Part shown: positions 11,242 through 21,425 of the stretch, piece by piece
Numbering within the stretch: the stretch's first letter is position 1
Layout: each line of letters opens with the position of its first letter
Source of the DNA: Endomicrobiia bacterium
Lineage (GTDB): Bacteria; Elusimicrobiota; Endomicrobiia; DTEH01
Assembly (NCBI GenBank): GCA_039630545.1
Contig: JBCNUU010000002.1
Span: 95,994 to 159,993, forward strand
DNA: 64,000 nt
Reading direction: 5' to 3'
Notes under the pieces: model-generated
Database searches by the model: none
Seen by the model: the letters and a program-made list of their open reading frames with translations, nothing else
What the model was told of the DNA's origin: nothing
Program-made: the position numbers and the translations under genes

Positions 11242-11882
11242 CCATGAAGAAAAAAATAATTTTTTTAGGACCTCCTGGTTGTGGAAAAGGAACACAAGCT
11301 CAAATGGTTTCGAAGGAATTTAATATTAACCATCTTTCAACTGGTGAGATTTTTAGACGGATTATAAAAGAAAATTATCCTAGCGAAATTTCAAAAAAAA
11401 TAAAAGAATATGTTAACAAAGGTCTTTTAGTACCAGATGAGATAGTTTTTGAAGCAATAAAATTAGTATTAAATAAAGAAAATTTTTTACTTGATGGTTT
11501 CCCAAGAAACATTAATCAGGCAAAATTATTAGAAAATTATTTGGATGGTGTTCCTTTAGATGTGGTAATTTATTTTGAAATTTCAGATGAAGAAATAATC
11601 AAGAGATTAACCTCTAGAAGGATTTGCAGTAAATGTGGTAAAGTTTATAATATTTACACACTTAAACCAAAAAATGACAACTTATGTGATAACTGTAACA
11701 TAGAACTTATTACCAGAGAAGACGACAAGCTTGAAGTGGTGAAAGAAAGAATATTAGTTTATAGAAATGAGACAATGCCTTTAATAGAGTTTTACAATAA
11801 CAAAAATATTCTTATAAGTTTGAAAGCTGAAGATACTATAGAAAACATTTATTCTCAAATAAAGAAAATAATATCAAGTTAA
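11238..11882 (+). CDS. adk: Adenylate kinase with zinc-lid cysteines
   Basis: GPPGCGKGTQA, LDGFPR, CSKC..CDNC; ATGA overlap with the secY stop. Confidence 0.98.
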   Translation: MTMKKKIIFLGPPGCGKGTQAQMVSKEFNINHLSTGEIFRRIIKENYPSEISKKIKEYVNKGLLVPDEIVFEAIKLVLNKENFLLDGFPRNINQAKLLENYLDGVPLDVVIYFEISDEEIIKRLTSRRICSKCGKVYNIYTLKPKNDNLCDNCNIELITREDDKLEVVKERILVYRNETMPLIEFYNNKNILISLKAEDTIENIYSQIKKIISS

Positions 11883-12674
11883 ATGTGTCCCATTGACATA
11901 AAAACTGAAAAAGAAATACAGATTATTAAAAAAGCAGCAAAAATTGTAAGTGAAATTTTAAAAATAGTTAAAAAAAATATAAAACCTGGAATTTCTACAC
12001 TAGATTTGGAAAATATAGTTTGTGATACTATTGAAAAGTTTAACTGTAAATCAGCTTTGAAAGGATACAGAGGTTATCCAGCGTGTAGTTGCATTTCTAT
12101 TGATAAAGAACTTGTTCACGGCGTACCATCTAAAAAGAAAGTTATAAAAAAAGGGCAGCTTGTATCTATAGATGTTGGTATTGAGTATGAGGGATTTTTT
12201 GCAGATGCTGCAACTACTGTTTTTTTGGATGGTGGTAGTAGGAATTTTAACAAACAAGATGTACTTAATCTGTTAAATACTACATATAATTCAATTATAG
12301 AAGTTTTGCCTTATGTTAAAGATGGAGTAAAGGTCAGTCAGATTGGAGCAATTATTCAGAGGTATGTTGAGTCCAAAGGATTTAGCGTTATTCGCGAGTA
12401 TGTGGGACATGCCATAGGAAGAAATTTACATGAAAAACCAGATATTCCTAATTTCGAGACCCAACAGCCGGATATATTATATGAAGGTATGGTGATATGT
12501 ATTGAACCGATGGTGAGTATGGGTGGTTGGAAAACTTCTGTATTAGAAGATGGTTGGACGGTAGTAATGGAAGATGGTTCTTTGTGTGCTCATTTTGAAC
12601 ACATGGTATTAGTAAAAAAAGATACTTCTGAATTACTTACTGATGAAGGTGTAATAAGACCTTTAATAATTTAA
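11883..12674 (+). CDS. map: Type I methionine aminopeptidase
   Basis: VHGVP, SIDVG, GHAIGR.LHE.P, IEPM, AHFEH. Confidence 0.97.
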   Translation: MCPIDIKTEKEIQIIKKAAKIVSEILKIVKKNIKPGISTLDLENIVCDTIEKFNCKSALKGYRGYPACSCISIDKELVHGVPSKKKVIKKGQLVSIDVGIEYEGFFADAATTVFLDGGSRNFNKQDVLNLLNTTYNSIIEVLPYVKDGVKVSQIGAIIQRYVESKGFSVIREYVGHAIGRNLHEKPDIPNFETQQPDILYEGMVICIEPMVSMGGWKTSVLEDGWTVVMEDGSLCAHFEHMVLVKKDTSELLTDEGVIRPLII

Positions 12675-12677
12675 AAT

Positions 12678-12947
12678 ATGACAAAACAAAGAGACGATAA
12701 AATAATAGCGGAAGGTACCATAGTTGAGGTACTACCTGCGACTATGTTTAGAGTAAGAATAGACAATACTAATCACATAGTCTTAGCACATCTTTCTGGT
12801 AAAATGAGGTTAAATTTTATTAAACTGGTAGTAGGAGACAGAGTAAAATTAGAGATGTCTCCTTACGATTTAACGAAAGCAAGAATAGTTTATAGAATTT
12901 CGGAGAAAAAAAATGAGAGTTCACAGTTCAGTAAAGAGAATATGTAA
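12678..12947 (+). CDS. infA: Translation initiation factor IF-1 (C-terminal tail overlaps rpmJ)
   Basis: [28 protein letters not shown]. Confidence 0.97.
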   Translation: MTKQRDDKIIAEGTIVEVLPATMFRVRIDNTNHIVLAHLSGKMRLNFIKLVVGDRVKLEMSPYDLTKARIVYRISEKKNESSQFSKENM

Positions 12948-13026
12948 AAATTGTAAAATTATAAAAAGAAAAGGGAAAATATTAGTAATTTGTTCAGATC
13001 CAAGACATAAACAAAGACAAGGGTAG
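12913..13026 (+). CDS. rpmJ: 50S ribosomal protein L36 (not in the ORF track)
   Basis: Hand translation [41 protein letters not shown] upstream; canonical position between infA and rpsM. Confidence 0.98.
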   Translation: MRVHSSVKRICKNCKIIKRKGKILVICSDPRHKQRQG

Positions 13027-13058
13027 TTTTTTTATACTATTTGTTAAGGAGGATTGTA

Positions 13059-13472
13059 ATGGTAAGAATTGCAGGTGTAAATTTACCTTCTAATAAAAAA
13101 ATAGAAATTTCATTATCATATATTTATGGAATAGGACGGAGTCTGGCAAAAAAAATACTGCAACAGACAGGTATAGATGGTTCTATAAGGACAAAAGATC
13201 TTAATGAAGCACAAATAGCGAAACTTAACAGATATATAGAAGAAAACTTAAAGGTGGAAGGTGAGCTTCGAAGAGAAGTTCAACAAAATATTAAAAGATA
13301 TATTGATATAGGCAGTTATAGAGGACTTAGACACAGAAGGAATCTTCCAGTTCATGGCCAACGAACAAGAACAAATGCTCGTACAAGAAGAGGCAAAAGA
13401 AAAACAGTAGGTTCTGTAAGTGCAGCAACCAAAAAGTTAAAAGCTAAACAGGAGAGTAAAAATAAAACTTAA
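13059..13472 (+). CDS. rpsM: 30S ribosomal protein S13
   Basis: [28 protein letters not shown] at 13059 after AGGAGG. Confidence 0.99.
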   Translation: MVRIAGVNLPSNKKIEISLSYIYGIGRSLAKKILQQTGIDGSIRTKDLNEAQIAKLNRYIEENLKVEGELRREVQQNIKRYIDIGSYRGLRHRRNLPVHGQRTRTNARTRRGKRKTVGSVSAATKKLKAKQESKNKT

Positions 13473-13492
13473 ACTTTTAAAGGATATGCATT

Positions 13493-13861
13493 ATGAAAAA
13501 GAAAAAAGTTATAACAGATACAACTGCCAGAATATATATAAAAGCTACTTTTAATAACACGATAGTTACAGTTACAGATTCTAAAGGTAATGTATTACTT
13601 ACCAGTTCTGCAGGAAGTTGTGGATTTAAAGGGACAAAAAAAGGGACTCCATTTGCTGCACAAGTTGCAGCTCAAACAGCAGCTAAAAAAGCTGCTGAGT
13701 TGGGGGTGAAGTATGTTTCTGTATATGTAAAGGGTCCTGGGCCGGGTCGTGATTTAGCTATTCGTGCATTACAGACAGCAGGTTTAGTTGTTACAGCAAT
13801 TTATGACATTACGCCGATACCACATAATGGATGCAGACCGAGAAAATTAAGAAGAGTATAA
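13493..13861 (+). CDS. rpsK: 30S ribosomal protein S11
   Basis: [26 protein letters not shown]. Confidence 0.99.
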   Translation: MKKKKVITDTTARIYIKATFNNTIVTVTDSKGNVLLTSSAGSCGFKGTKKGTPFAAQVAAQTAAKKAAELGVKYVSVYVKGPGPGRDLAIRALQTAGLVVTAIYDITPIPHNGCRPRKLRRV

Positions 13862-13890
13862 TTTTTCTTTAATTAGTATAGGAGGTAGTA

Positions 13891-14520
13891 ATGGGACGAT
13901 ATATTTCAGCTGATTGTAGAGTTTGTAGAAGACTACAACAGAAACTCATGCTTAAAGGAGAAAAGTGTACTTCTCAAAAATGTCCTATAGAAAAAGGCAG
14001 AAAATATCCTCCAGGCCAACATGGCAGAAGGCAGAGTAAAATTTCAGAATATGGTAAAAGATTACGAGAAAAACAAAAATTAAAGTATATGGCAGGTATT
14101 AACGAAGAGCAACTTAAAAGATATTTCAACTTAGCCAGAAGACAGAAAGGTTTAGTAGGAGAAAATCTTTTGAAGTTGATAGAAAGAAGGTTAGATAATG
14201 TTGTTTATAGGTTAGGATGGGCATCTTCTAGAGCTGCAGCAAGACAGCTTGTTTCACATAGGCATATAAAGGTAAATGAAAAGAAAGTTAATATTCCTTC
14301 TTATCTTGTTAAGATAGGTGATAAAATAGAATTAGAAGAATCTATGAGAGACAATATACATATAAAGAAATCCCTACAGATGTTTGGTGGAAGGTTACCA
14401 TCTTGGATAAAATATACAGATGAAAATAACTTCTCTGCGGAGATAGTTTCTATGCCAAATTTAGAAGAAATTTCTTTCCCTGTTAATGAAACTCTTATAG
14501 TAGAATTTTATTCTAAATAA
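13891..14520 (+). CDS. rpsD: 30S ribosomal protein S4 (Cys-containing N-terminus)
   Basis: PPGQHG, LREKQK, ERRLDNVVYRLG, IVEFYSK. Confidence 0.99.
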   Translation: MGRYISADCRVCRRLQQKLMLKGEKCTSQKCPIEKGRKYPPGQHGRRQSKISEYGKRLREKQKLKYMAGINEEQLKRYFNLARRQKGLVGENLLKLIERRLDNVVYRLGWASSRAAARQLVSHRHIKVNEKKVNIPSYLVKIGDKIELEESMRDNIHIKKSLQMFGGRLPSWIKYTDENNFSAEIVSMPNLEEISFPVNETLIVEFYSK

Positions 14521-14541
14521 AAATATTAAAAAAGAGGTAAA

Positions 14542-15537
14542 ATGGTTATGGAGAAATTACTTTTACCACAAAATTTTGAAGATATAAAAGTAGAAAAAAA
14601 TAAGTATGGTTATGAGAATTATGGAAAGTTTGCTATATATCCTTTTGAGAGAGGTTTTGGTCATACCATAGGTAACTCTTTAAGAAGAATCTTACTTTCA
14701 AGCTTAGAAGGAGCTGCTATTACTAACTGTAGGATTAACAACGTGCTCCATGAATTTACCAGCATTCCAGGGGTAAAAGAGGATATTATTTATATTCTTA
14801 TGAATTTAAAAAAGATAAGATTTAAAGTTTATTCTGAAGGTCCTGAAATAATAAGATTGCATGTTAAAGGTTCAAAAGAAAAAACAATAGTTACTGCTGG
14901 AGATTTTGAAACGAACCACAATGTAGAAATAATTAACAAAGACGAATACATAGCAGAGATAGATTCTAGAGCTGAATTAAAAATAGAAGCAGAGGTGGAG
15001 AAAGGAAGAGGTTATGTATTATCTGAAGTAAACAAAGCTAAAAAGGCCAATAAACCAGTAGGAACATTGTTTATTGATAGTATTTTTTCTCCTATCATAA
15101 AAGTTAATTATGAAGTAGAGGATGTTAGAGTTGGAGAAAAAACAAATTATGATAAATTGATTATAGAAATATGGAGCGACGGTTCAATTTTTCCTAAAGA
15201 TGCTTTAATATTTGCAGCAAAGATATTGAAGGATAATCTTGATATTTTCTTTAAAGCTTCTACAAAATCCATAATAGATAAAATAGCCCAGGAAAGTGAC
15301 TTTGATATTTCTAAACAAGAAAGATTGAAAGACTTGCTTTCTCAATCTATAGATATTTTAGAGTTATCTAACAGACCCAGAAATTGTCTTAAAAATGCAA
15401 AAATAGAAACAATACAACAGCTTGTAAGTATGACAGAAGAAGAACTTAAAGCACTTCAAAATTTAGGAGAAAAATCTTTAGAAGAAATAAAGCAAAAACT
15501 TAAAGAAAAAGATTTATATTTGGGGATGAAACTATGA
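14542..15537 (+). CDS. rpoA: RNA polymerase alpha subunit
   Basis: ERGFGHTIGNSLRRILLSS, LHEF, alpha-CTD LS.R..NCL..NLGEKS. Confidence 0.99.
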   Translation: MVMEKLLLPQNFEDIKVEKNKYGYENYGKFAIYPFERGFGHTIGNSLRRILLSSLEGAAITNCRINNVLHEFTSIPGVKEDIIYILMNLKKIRFKVYSEGPEIIRLHVKGSKEKTIVTAGDFETNHNVEIINKDEYIAEIDSRAELKIEAEVEKGRGYVLSEVNKAKKANKPVGTLFIDSIFSPIIKVNYEVEDVRVGEKTNYDKLIIEIWSDGSIFPKDALIFAAKILKDNLDIFFKASTKSIIDKIAQESDFDISKQERLKDLLSQSIDILELSNRPRNCLKNAKIETIQQLVSMTEEELKALQNLGEKSLEEIKQKLKEKDLYLGMKL

Positions 15538-15890
15538 TAAAAAATATATCTAGACGTAAACTTAATAGAGCCTCTTCTCATAGAATGGCAACTTTAAGGA
15601 ATCTTGCAGGCAATCTTATTAGACATGAAAGTATAAAAACCACAAAAGCCAAAGCAAAAGAACTCAAAAGGTTCATAGAGCACTTAATAACTAAAATAAA
15701 AAGAACAAAAGAGCCATTTAATAAGTACAGAATAGCAAATAGATATCTCTACACTAAATCTTTAGCAGAAAAATTAATAAAAGTTATAATCCCTAGATAT
15801 GAGAATTTAAACTCAGGATATGTAAAAACAGCAATTTTAGGCAATCGAAAAGGTGACAATGCTGAGATGTGGATGATAAGATTTAAATAA
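15534..15890 (+). CDS. rplQ: 50S ribosomal protein L17
   Basis: RKLNRASSHR, IKTTKAKAKE, RKGDNAEM. Confidence 0.98.
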   Translation: MIKNISRRKLNRASSHRMATLRNLAGNLIRHESIKTTKAKAKELKRFIEHLITKIKRTKEPFNKYRIANRYLYTKSLAEKLIKVIIPRYENLNSGYVKTAILGNRKGDNAEMWMIRFK

Positions 15891-15905
15891 AGAGGGAGAA
15901 ATAAT

Positions 15906-16928
15906 ATGTTTAATTTCTTGTTTAAACTATTTTCAAATGACATGGGAATGGATTTAGGTACAGCAACTGTTCTTGTTTATGTTCAGGGGCAGGGAATAGT
16001 TTTATGTGAACCATCAGTGGTAGCTGTTGATAAAGAAACCCAAGAGATATTAGCCATAGGTCTTGAGGCTAAAAGAATGTTAGGAAAGACTCCCTCTAAT
16101 ATAGTAGCAGTAAGACCTTTACGCAACGGAGTAATAGCTAATTTTGATATTACAGAAAAAATGATAAGATATTTTATTCAGAAAGTACATAATAAAAAAA
16201 CTCTTCTTCATCCAAGAATAGTGATAGGTATACCTTCAGGTATTACAGAAGTAGAACGGCGAGCAGTAAGGGAGTCTGCCACACAGGCTGGTGCGAGAGA
16301 GGTTTATTTAATAGAAGAACCCATGGCAGCAGCAATTGGTGCAGGTATAGAGATAGACCAACCAAGAGGTAACATGATAGTAGATATTGGAGGAGGAACT
16401 ACTGAAGTTGGGGTAATTTCTTTAGGGGGTATGGTAATAAGTAAATCAATAGACATAGCAGGTGATGAGATGGATCAGGCAATAATTCAATATTTCAGAA
16501 GAAGATACAATCTTTTTATTGGTGAAAACACAGCAGAAGAGATTAAAATTAGAATAGGTTCTGTATATCCATTGGAAGAAGAATTATCAATGGAGGTTAA
16601 AGGTAGAGACCAAGTTACTGGTTTACCAAAGACAATTTCAGTAACTTCAGAAGAAATAAGATCTGCTTTAATGGAACCAATATCATCTATTATAGGAATA
16701 ATCAAAAATGCCCTGGAGGAAACACCAGCTGAGATTTCAGCAGATCTTGTAGAAACTGGAATTACACTGGCTGGAGGTGGTGCTTTACTTAGGGGTATAG
16801 ATAAACTTATTTCTAAAGAGACTGGCTTGCCAGTAAGAATTGCAGATGATCCTATTACATGTGTGGTAAGAGGTACAGGTAAGTATCTTGAGGAGATAGA
16901 TAAGATAAAAAAGAAAAAGTTTTTCTAA
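15906..16928 (+). CDS. mreB: Rod shape-determining protein MreB
   Basis: [39 protein letters not shown]. Confidence 0.99.
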   Translation: MFNFLFKLFSNDMGMDLGTATVLVYVQGQGIVLCEPSVVAVDKETQEILAIGLEAKRMLGKTPSNIVAVRPLRNGVIANFDITEKMIRYFIQKVHNKKTLLHPRIVIGIPSGITEVERRAVRESATQAGAREVYLIEEPMAAAIGAGIEIDQPRGNMIVDIGGGTTEVGVISLGGMVISKSIDIAGDEMDQAIIQYFRRRYNLFIGENTAEEIKIRIGSVYPLEEELSMEVKGRDQVTGLPKTISVTSEEIRSALMEPISSIIGIIKNALEETPAEISADLVETGITLAGGGALLRGIDKLISKETGLPVRIADDPITCVVRGTGKYLEEIDKIKKKKFF

Positions 16929-17762
16929 ATGAGTTTTAGAGAATTCTTATATAAGAATCGTCCCACCGTATTGTTTTTTCTTTTTTTTATTTTAAATCTT
17001 GTTTTCTTTGCCACTTCTAAATTGACTACTTCTTATTTAAATAATATAAGATCTTTCTTAATTTATTTTTTTTGGTTTAGTTATAAACCAATTTATCAAA
17101 TTATAGATTATCCTTTGGAAGTGGTTGATAAATTTGTAACTATTCCATATTTATATGAAGAAAATATTAAGTTAAAAGAGAAGTTAAAAAAAAGTTTTCT
17201 TGAAAACTTATACTACAAACAATTTATTGAAGAATTGAATAATACAAAAAAATTTAATGAGTTAAAATCTTTGTTAACCATAGATATTACAAATGCAAAA
17301 GTCATAATGAGAGAATATAAAAATTGGTATAATGAGTGTATCATATATATATCAGAGCCTCAAAATGTAAAAAAAGATGCGCCTGTAGTTATTTTTTCTG
17401 AAGACAAAAAGTTTTATTTTGTTGGAAGAATATGGGAAATAGAAAAAAATATCGCTAAGGTTTTACTTATCACTAATCCTTTAAGTAACATTCCGGTAAA
17501 AGTTAAAAATAAACAGGTTTACGGAGTGTTAGTGGGAAATTCTTCTTCTGAATTGACAATGGAATATATTCTTTTAGATGAAGATATTAAAATAGGAGAC
17601 ATAATAGAAACTGTAGAACTAAATAACTTAATAGGAGGAATTGAAATAGGTAGAGTTGTTTCTGTAGAGACTTTATCCACTTTAGGATTTAAAAAAGCAA
17701 AAGTAAAAGTTAATTTTAATATAAATAAATTAAAAGAGGTGATAATTATAACTTATTTATAA
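16929..17762 (+). CDS. mreC: Rod shape-determining protein MreC
   Basis: N-terminal TM helix, short coiled coil (LYEENIKLKEKL), beta-rich C-terminus; follows mreB. Confidence 0.9.
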   Translation: MSFREFLYKNRPTVLFFLFFILNLVFFATSKLTTSYLNNIRSFLIYFFWFSYKPIYQIIDYPLEVVDKFVTIPYLYEENIKLKEKLKKSFLENLYYKQFIEELNNTKKFNELKSLLTIDITNAKVIMREYKNWYNECIIYISEPQNVKKDAPVVIFSEDKKFYFVGRIWEIEKNIAKVLLITNPLSNIPVKVKNKQVYGVLVGNSSSELTMEYILLDEDIKIGDIIETVELNNLIGGIEIGRVVSVETLSTLGFKKAKVKVNFNINKLKEVIIITYL

Positions 17763-17766
17763 ATTA

Positions 17767-18246
17767 ATGAAGAAATTTTTAATACATACAATAGTAATAA
17801 TTGGTTTGTTAGTATTTGAGGTATTATTGTTTAAACTATTGCCTTTTTTTTTAAGGCCAAATTTGTTTTTAAGTTATATAGTATTTCTAGGACTTTTTGT
17901 AAGTCATACAGAATCTGTGATTTATGGGTTTATAAATGGTATTGTTTTAGATTTTATATATTTAAAAATCTTTGGTATTAATTCTTTTTTATTAACAACT
18001 ATTGGTTACTTGGTTGGGTGGTTAAATAAAAGGGTTAATGAAACATTTAAAAAGGTTCAAATAATTGTGCTATTTTTGTTTTCTGTAATATATTTTTTTC
18101 TTTATATAGTATTTTCTCTTATTTTTTATTTTCCTGTTAAAATACTTCCCATTTTTGTTTTTAATCTTATATCTACTGTATTATTTGGCTATTTAATAAT
18201 ACAAATTTTGTTTTTTATCTATAAAAAAAATAATTTAATTATTTAA
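17767..18246 (+). CDS. mreD: Rod shape-determining protein MreD
   Basis: 159-aa polytopic membrane protein, PNL..GF.NG..LD..FG motif; synteny. Confidence 0.88.
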   Translation: MKKFLIHTIVIIGLLVFEVLLFKLLPFFLRPNLFLSYIVFLGLFVSHTESVIYGFINGIVLDFIYLKIFGINSFLLTTIGYLVGWLNKRVNETFKKVQIIVLFLFSVIYFFLYIVFSLIFYFPVKILPIFVFNLISTVLFGYLIIQILFFIYKKNNLII

Positions 18247-18249
18247 AAC

Positions 18250-20058
18250 ATGGATTGGGAAAATGTTCCTTACATAATAAAAAACGAGTTTAAAATCACA
18301 TTCAATATAATAAAATATTTCTTGTTTTCATTTTTTATTATAATTTTTATTTTTTTGATTAATATACAAATTTTTAAAGGAAATTATTATTACAACATTG
18401 CTGAACAAAATCGTTTAAGGATATATGTTATTAATGCTCCAAGAGGTAATATATATGATAGAAATTACGAAATTTTAGCAGATAATATACCATCTTTGAA
18501 TGTATTTTATTATCCTCAATCAACTTTCAATAGAGACGAGATTAGCACACTATTATCAATTTTGCCACAATATAAAGATAGTATATTTTATGCCTTAAAA
18601 TCAAACAGAATTACATTAATAGCAGAAAACATTAGTAGGTTTGATATATTCAGATTACTTTATTTTAAACATAGGATTAGTAACATTTTTGTTACTGTTG
18701 GCTACAAAAGAAGATACTTATACAATGAAAATTTTTTTCATCTACTAGGATATGTAGGAGAAATTACACAGACTGAGTATATTCAATATAAATCTAAAGG
18801 ATATCATTACTGTGACATAATAGGAAAATCAGGTATTGAAAAAACATATGAAGATTATCTTAAAGGTACAAATGGTGCTCTGATTATGGAAGTAGATGCT
18901 AAAGGCAATCCGATTAAAGTGTTTAAAAATTTGTCTCCTCAGCCAGGATGTAATATATATTTAACAATTGATAAAAATTTGCAACTTATAGCCAGAGAAG
19001 CATTAAAAAGAACAGGAAAAAACGGAGCTATAGTTGGTATAGACCCACGTAGTGGAGCAATAAGAATTTTAGTTTCTTATAAAGATTTAAATCCAAATAT
19101 GTTTATTAAAGAAATTTTAAAAGATAAAAACTTGCCTATGTTTAACAGAGCAATCCAGGGACAGTTTTCTCCAGGTTCAACGTTTAAAATTTTAACTGCT
19201 TTAGCTGCTTTAAACGAAAATAGAATTTCTCCGCAAACAAAATTTTTTTGTTCTGGAAGTTTTAAATTTGGAGACAAAATATTTAAATGTTGGGAGAAAA
19301 ATGGTCACGGGTATGTGGATTTATTTGATGCTATTAGACTTTCTTGTAATGTTTATTTTATAAACCTTGGTTTAAAACTAGGAGTTGATAACATAGAAAA
19401 ATATGCTAAAAAATTTTATTTTGGACAGATAACAGATATAGATTTGCCATTTGAGGCTCAAGGTGTGATCCCTTCCAAAAAATGGAAAAAAGAAAAACTG
19501 CACGAAGAATGGTTTGAAGGAGATACTGTATCTGTAAGTATAGGTCAGGGATATATTACTGTTACTCCACTTCAGTTGGCTTTGTTTGCTGCAACTATAG
19601 CTAATAAAGGTAAAATTTATAAACCTTATGTAGTTGAAAGGATAACTGATGCTTCAGGAAATGAAGTATACAGATACACCCCAATTTTAAAATCAGAAAT
19701 AATTATCCCTGCTCATATATGGGATTTTATCCACAGAAGTATGCAATCTGTTGTAAAGAATGGTACAGGTTATGCAGCATATTTTAAAGATTGTTGTCTG
19801 GCAGGTAAAACAGGGACAGCACAAAACCCACATGGTGAAGACCATGCTTGGTTTATATGTTTTGGACCTTGTGAAACTTCAGAGCCTCCACAGTTGGCGT
19901 TAGCTATATTAGTAGAACACGGAGGCAAAGGTGGTGCTGTTGCTGCTCCGATTGCAAAAGAAATATTTTTAGCTTATTGTAAAAATAAAACAAACATTTC
20001 ATATGTAGAAGACCATATTTCTTTGTCTTCTGGGAAAATTAAAGAATATGGGGATTGA
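18250..20058 (+). CDS. mrdA: Penicillin-binding protein 2 (class B)
   Basis: APRG.IYDRN, SxxK (STFK), SxN (SCN), KTGTAQ. Confidence 0.96.
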   Translation: MDWENVPYIIKNEFKITFNIIKYFLFSFFIIIFIFLINIQIFKGNYYYNIAEQNRLRIYVINAPRGNIYDRNYEILADNIPSLNVFYYPQSTFNRDEISTLLSILPQYKDSIFYALKSNRITLIAENISRFDIFRLLYFKHRISNIFVTVGYKRRYLYNENFFHLLGYVGEITQTEYIQYKSKGYHYCDIIGKSGIEKTYEDYLKGTNGALIMEVDAKGNPIKVFKNLSPQPGCNIYLTIDKNLQLIAREALKRTGKNGAIVGIDPRSGAIRILVSYKDLNPNMFIKEILKDKNLPMFNRAIQGQFSPGSTFKILTALAALNENRISPQTKFFCSGSFKFGDKIFKCWEKNGHGYVDLFDAIRLSCNVYFINLGLKLGVDNIEKYAKKFYFGQITDIDLPFEAQGVIPSKKWKKEKLHEEWFEGDTVSVSIGQGYITVTPLQLALFAATIANKGKIYKPYVVERITDASGNEVYRYTPILKSEIIIPAHIWDFIHRSMQSVVKNGTGYAAYFKDCCLAGKTGTAQNPHGEDHAWFICFGPCETSEPPQLALAILVEHGGKGGAVAAPIAKEIFLAYCKNKTNISYVEDHISLSSGKIKEYGD

Positions 20059-21415
20059 TAGAAAATATTTGTCTATAAAAAAAGAAACTAATATTATAAA
20101 AAAAGTAATTGATAACTCTAATTGGAGATTAATTGCTAGTGTATTTTTGTTAACACTTACAGGAATAGTTATGATATATTCGGCAACGTTTTTTTCAGGC
20201 AATTTAAATTTTGTAGCAAAACAAATTATAGCTTTTCTTATCGGAGTGATTTTGTTAGTTTTTTTGAGTATAATAAGCTATCAAACTTTTCAGCCGTATT
20301 ATTTTTATATTTATCTATTCTGTATTTTTCTGCTTATACTAGTTCTTTTTGTAGGCAGTACTTATAGAAATACAAAAGCCTGGATTGATTTAAAATTATT
20401 TTTATTTCAGCCGTCTGAGATAGTAAGGATTCTTTTTATATTAGCAATAGCAGGATATATGGATATTGACTATATAAAAATAACAAAAAAAATTGCGAAA
20501 TTTTTTGTTTCTATAATTGCTTTTAGTGTGATTGTGATTTTACTTATTTTAGAAAACGATTTTTCTGCAGTGGTAGTGTATTTTCCTATTTTGATAACAG
20601 TTTTTTATTTATCTGGTATCAATAAAAAATTTTTGAATTATATATTGTCCTTTTTTGTGATTACAGTTATACTATTTTTGACAAAGTCATATTTAGTATT
20701 AAAAGAAGGAAATCTATTTAAATTATTTAGATGGTTTTTGCTTTCTTTAACAGGTTTGAATAAATATTACTTTTTTTCTTTGGGTATTATTACTGCAATA
20801 TCAATTTTGATATGGTGGATATTAAAGAGGTTGTTATTTAGAGTATCTATTTATTCACTTTTGCTTACAATTTTTATAATTTATGTTAGTTATTCTCTTG
20901 TGGCTTTCAGTCACAAATTTATAAAATCCTACCAGAACAAAAGAATAATAGGATTTTTAAATCCTTATATAGATCCTGCTGGATGTGGTTATCAGGTTAT
21001 TCAGACAAAAGTAGCCATAGGAAGTGGGAGAATTTTTGGTAAAGGTATATTTCAGAGTACACAGGCAAAGTTAGGTTTTGTTCCTGAGAAGCATACTGAT
21101 TTTATATTTTCTTTAATTGGTGAAGAATTGGGTTTTTTAGGCACAAGTATAGTTATATTTTTATATTTAATAATAATTCTTGAAGGAATAAAAATTACCT
21201 TTACATCAATTGACACCTATGGTAGTTTAGTAGCAGGAAGTATCACTGCAATGTTTGGTTTTTATTTTTTTGTTAACACAGGAATGTGTCTTGGGATTCT
21301 TCCTGTAGTTGGATTACCTTTACCATTTGTCTCTTATGGAGGGTCTAATTTAGTAGCTTCTTATATGGCGGTTGGAATCCTTAACTCTATTAATATAAGA
21401 AAATTTTTGTATTAA
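20048..21415 (+). CDS. rodA: SEDS glycosyltransferase RodA
   Basis: FQPSE, AIGSG..GKG, PEKHTDFIFS..GEELG, G.PLPFVSYGGS. Confidence 0.96.
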   Translation: MGIDRKYLSIKKETNIIKKVIDNSNWRLIASVFLLTLTGIVMIYSATFFSGNLNFVAKQIIAFLIGVILLVFLSIISYQTFQPYYFYIYLFCIFLLILVLFVGSTYRNTKAWIDLKLFLFQPSEIVRILFILAIAGYMDIDYIKITKKIAKFFVSIIAFSVIVILLILENDFSAVVVYFPILITVFYLSGINKKFLNYILSFFVITVILFLTKSYLVLKEGNLFKLFRWFLLSLTGLNKYYFFSLGIITAISILIWWILKRLLFRVSIYSLLLTIFIIYVSYSLVAFSHKFIKSYQNKRIIGFLNPYIDPAGCGYQVIQTKVAIGSGRIFGKGIFQSTQAKLGFVPEKHTDFIFSLIGEELGFLGTSIVIFLYLIIILEGIKITFTSIDTYGSLVAGSITAMFGFYFFVNTGMCLGILPVVGLPLPFVSYGGSNLVASYMAVGILNSINIRKFLY

Positions 21416-21425
21416 GCTATTTACT

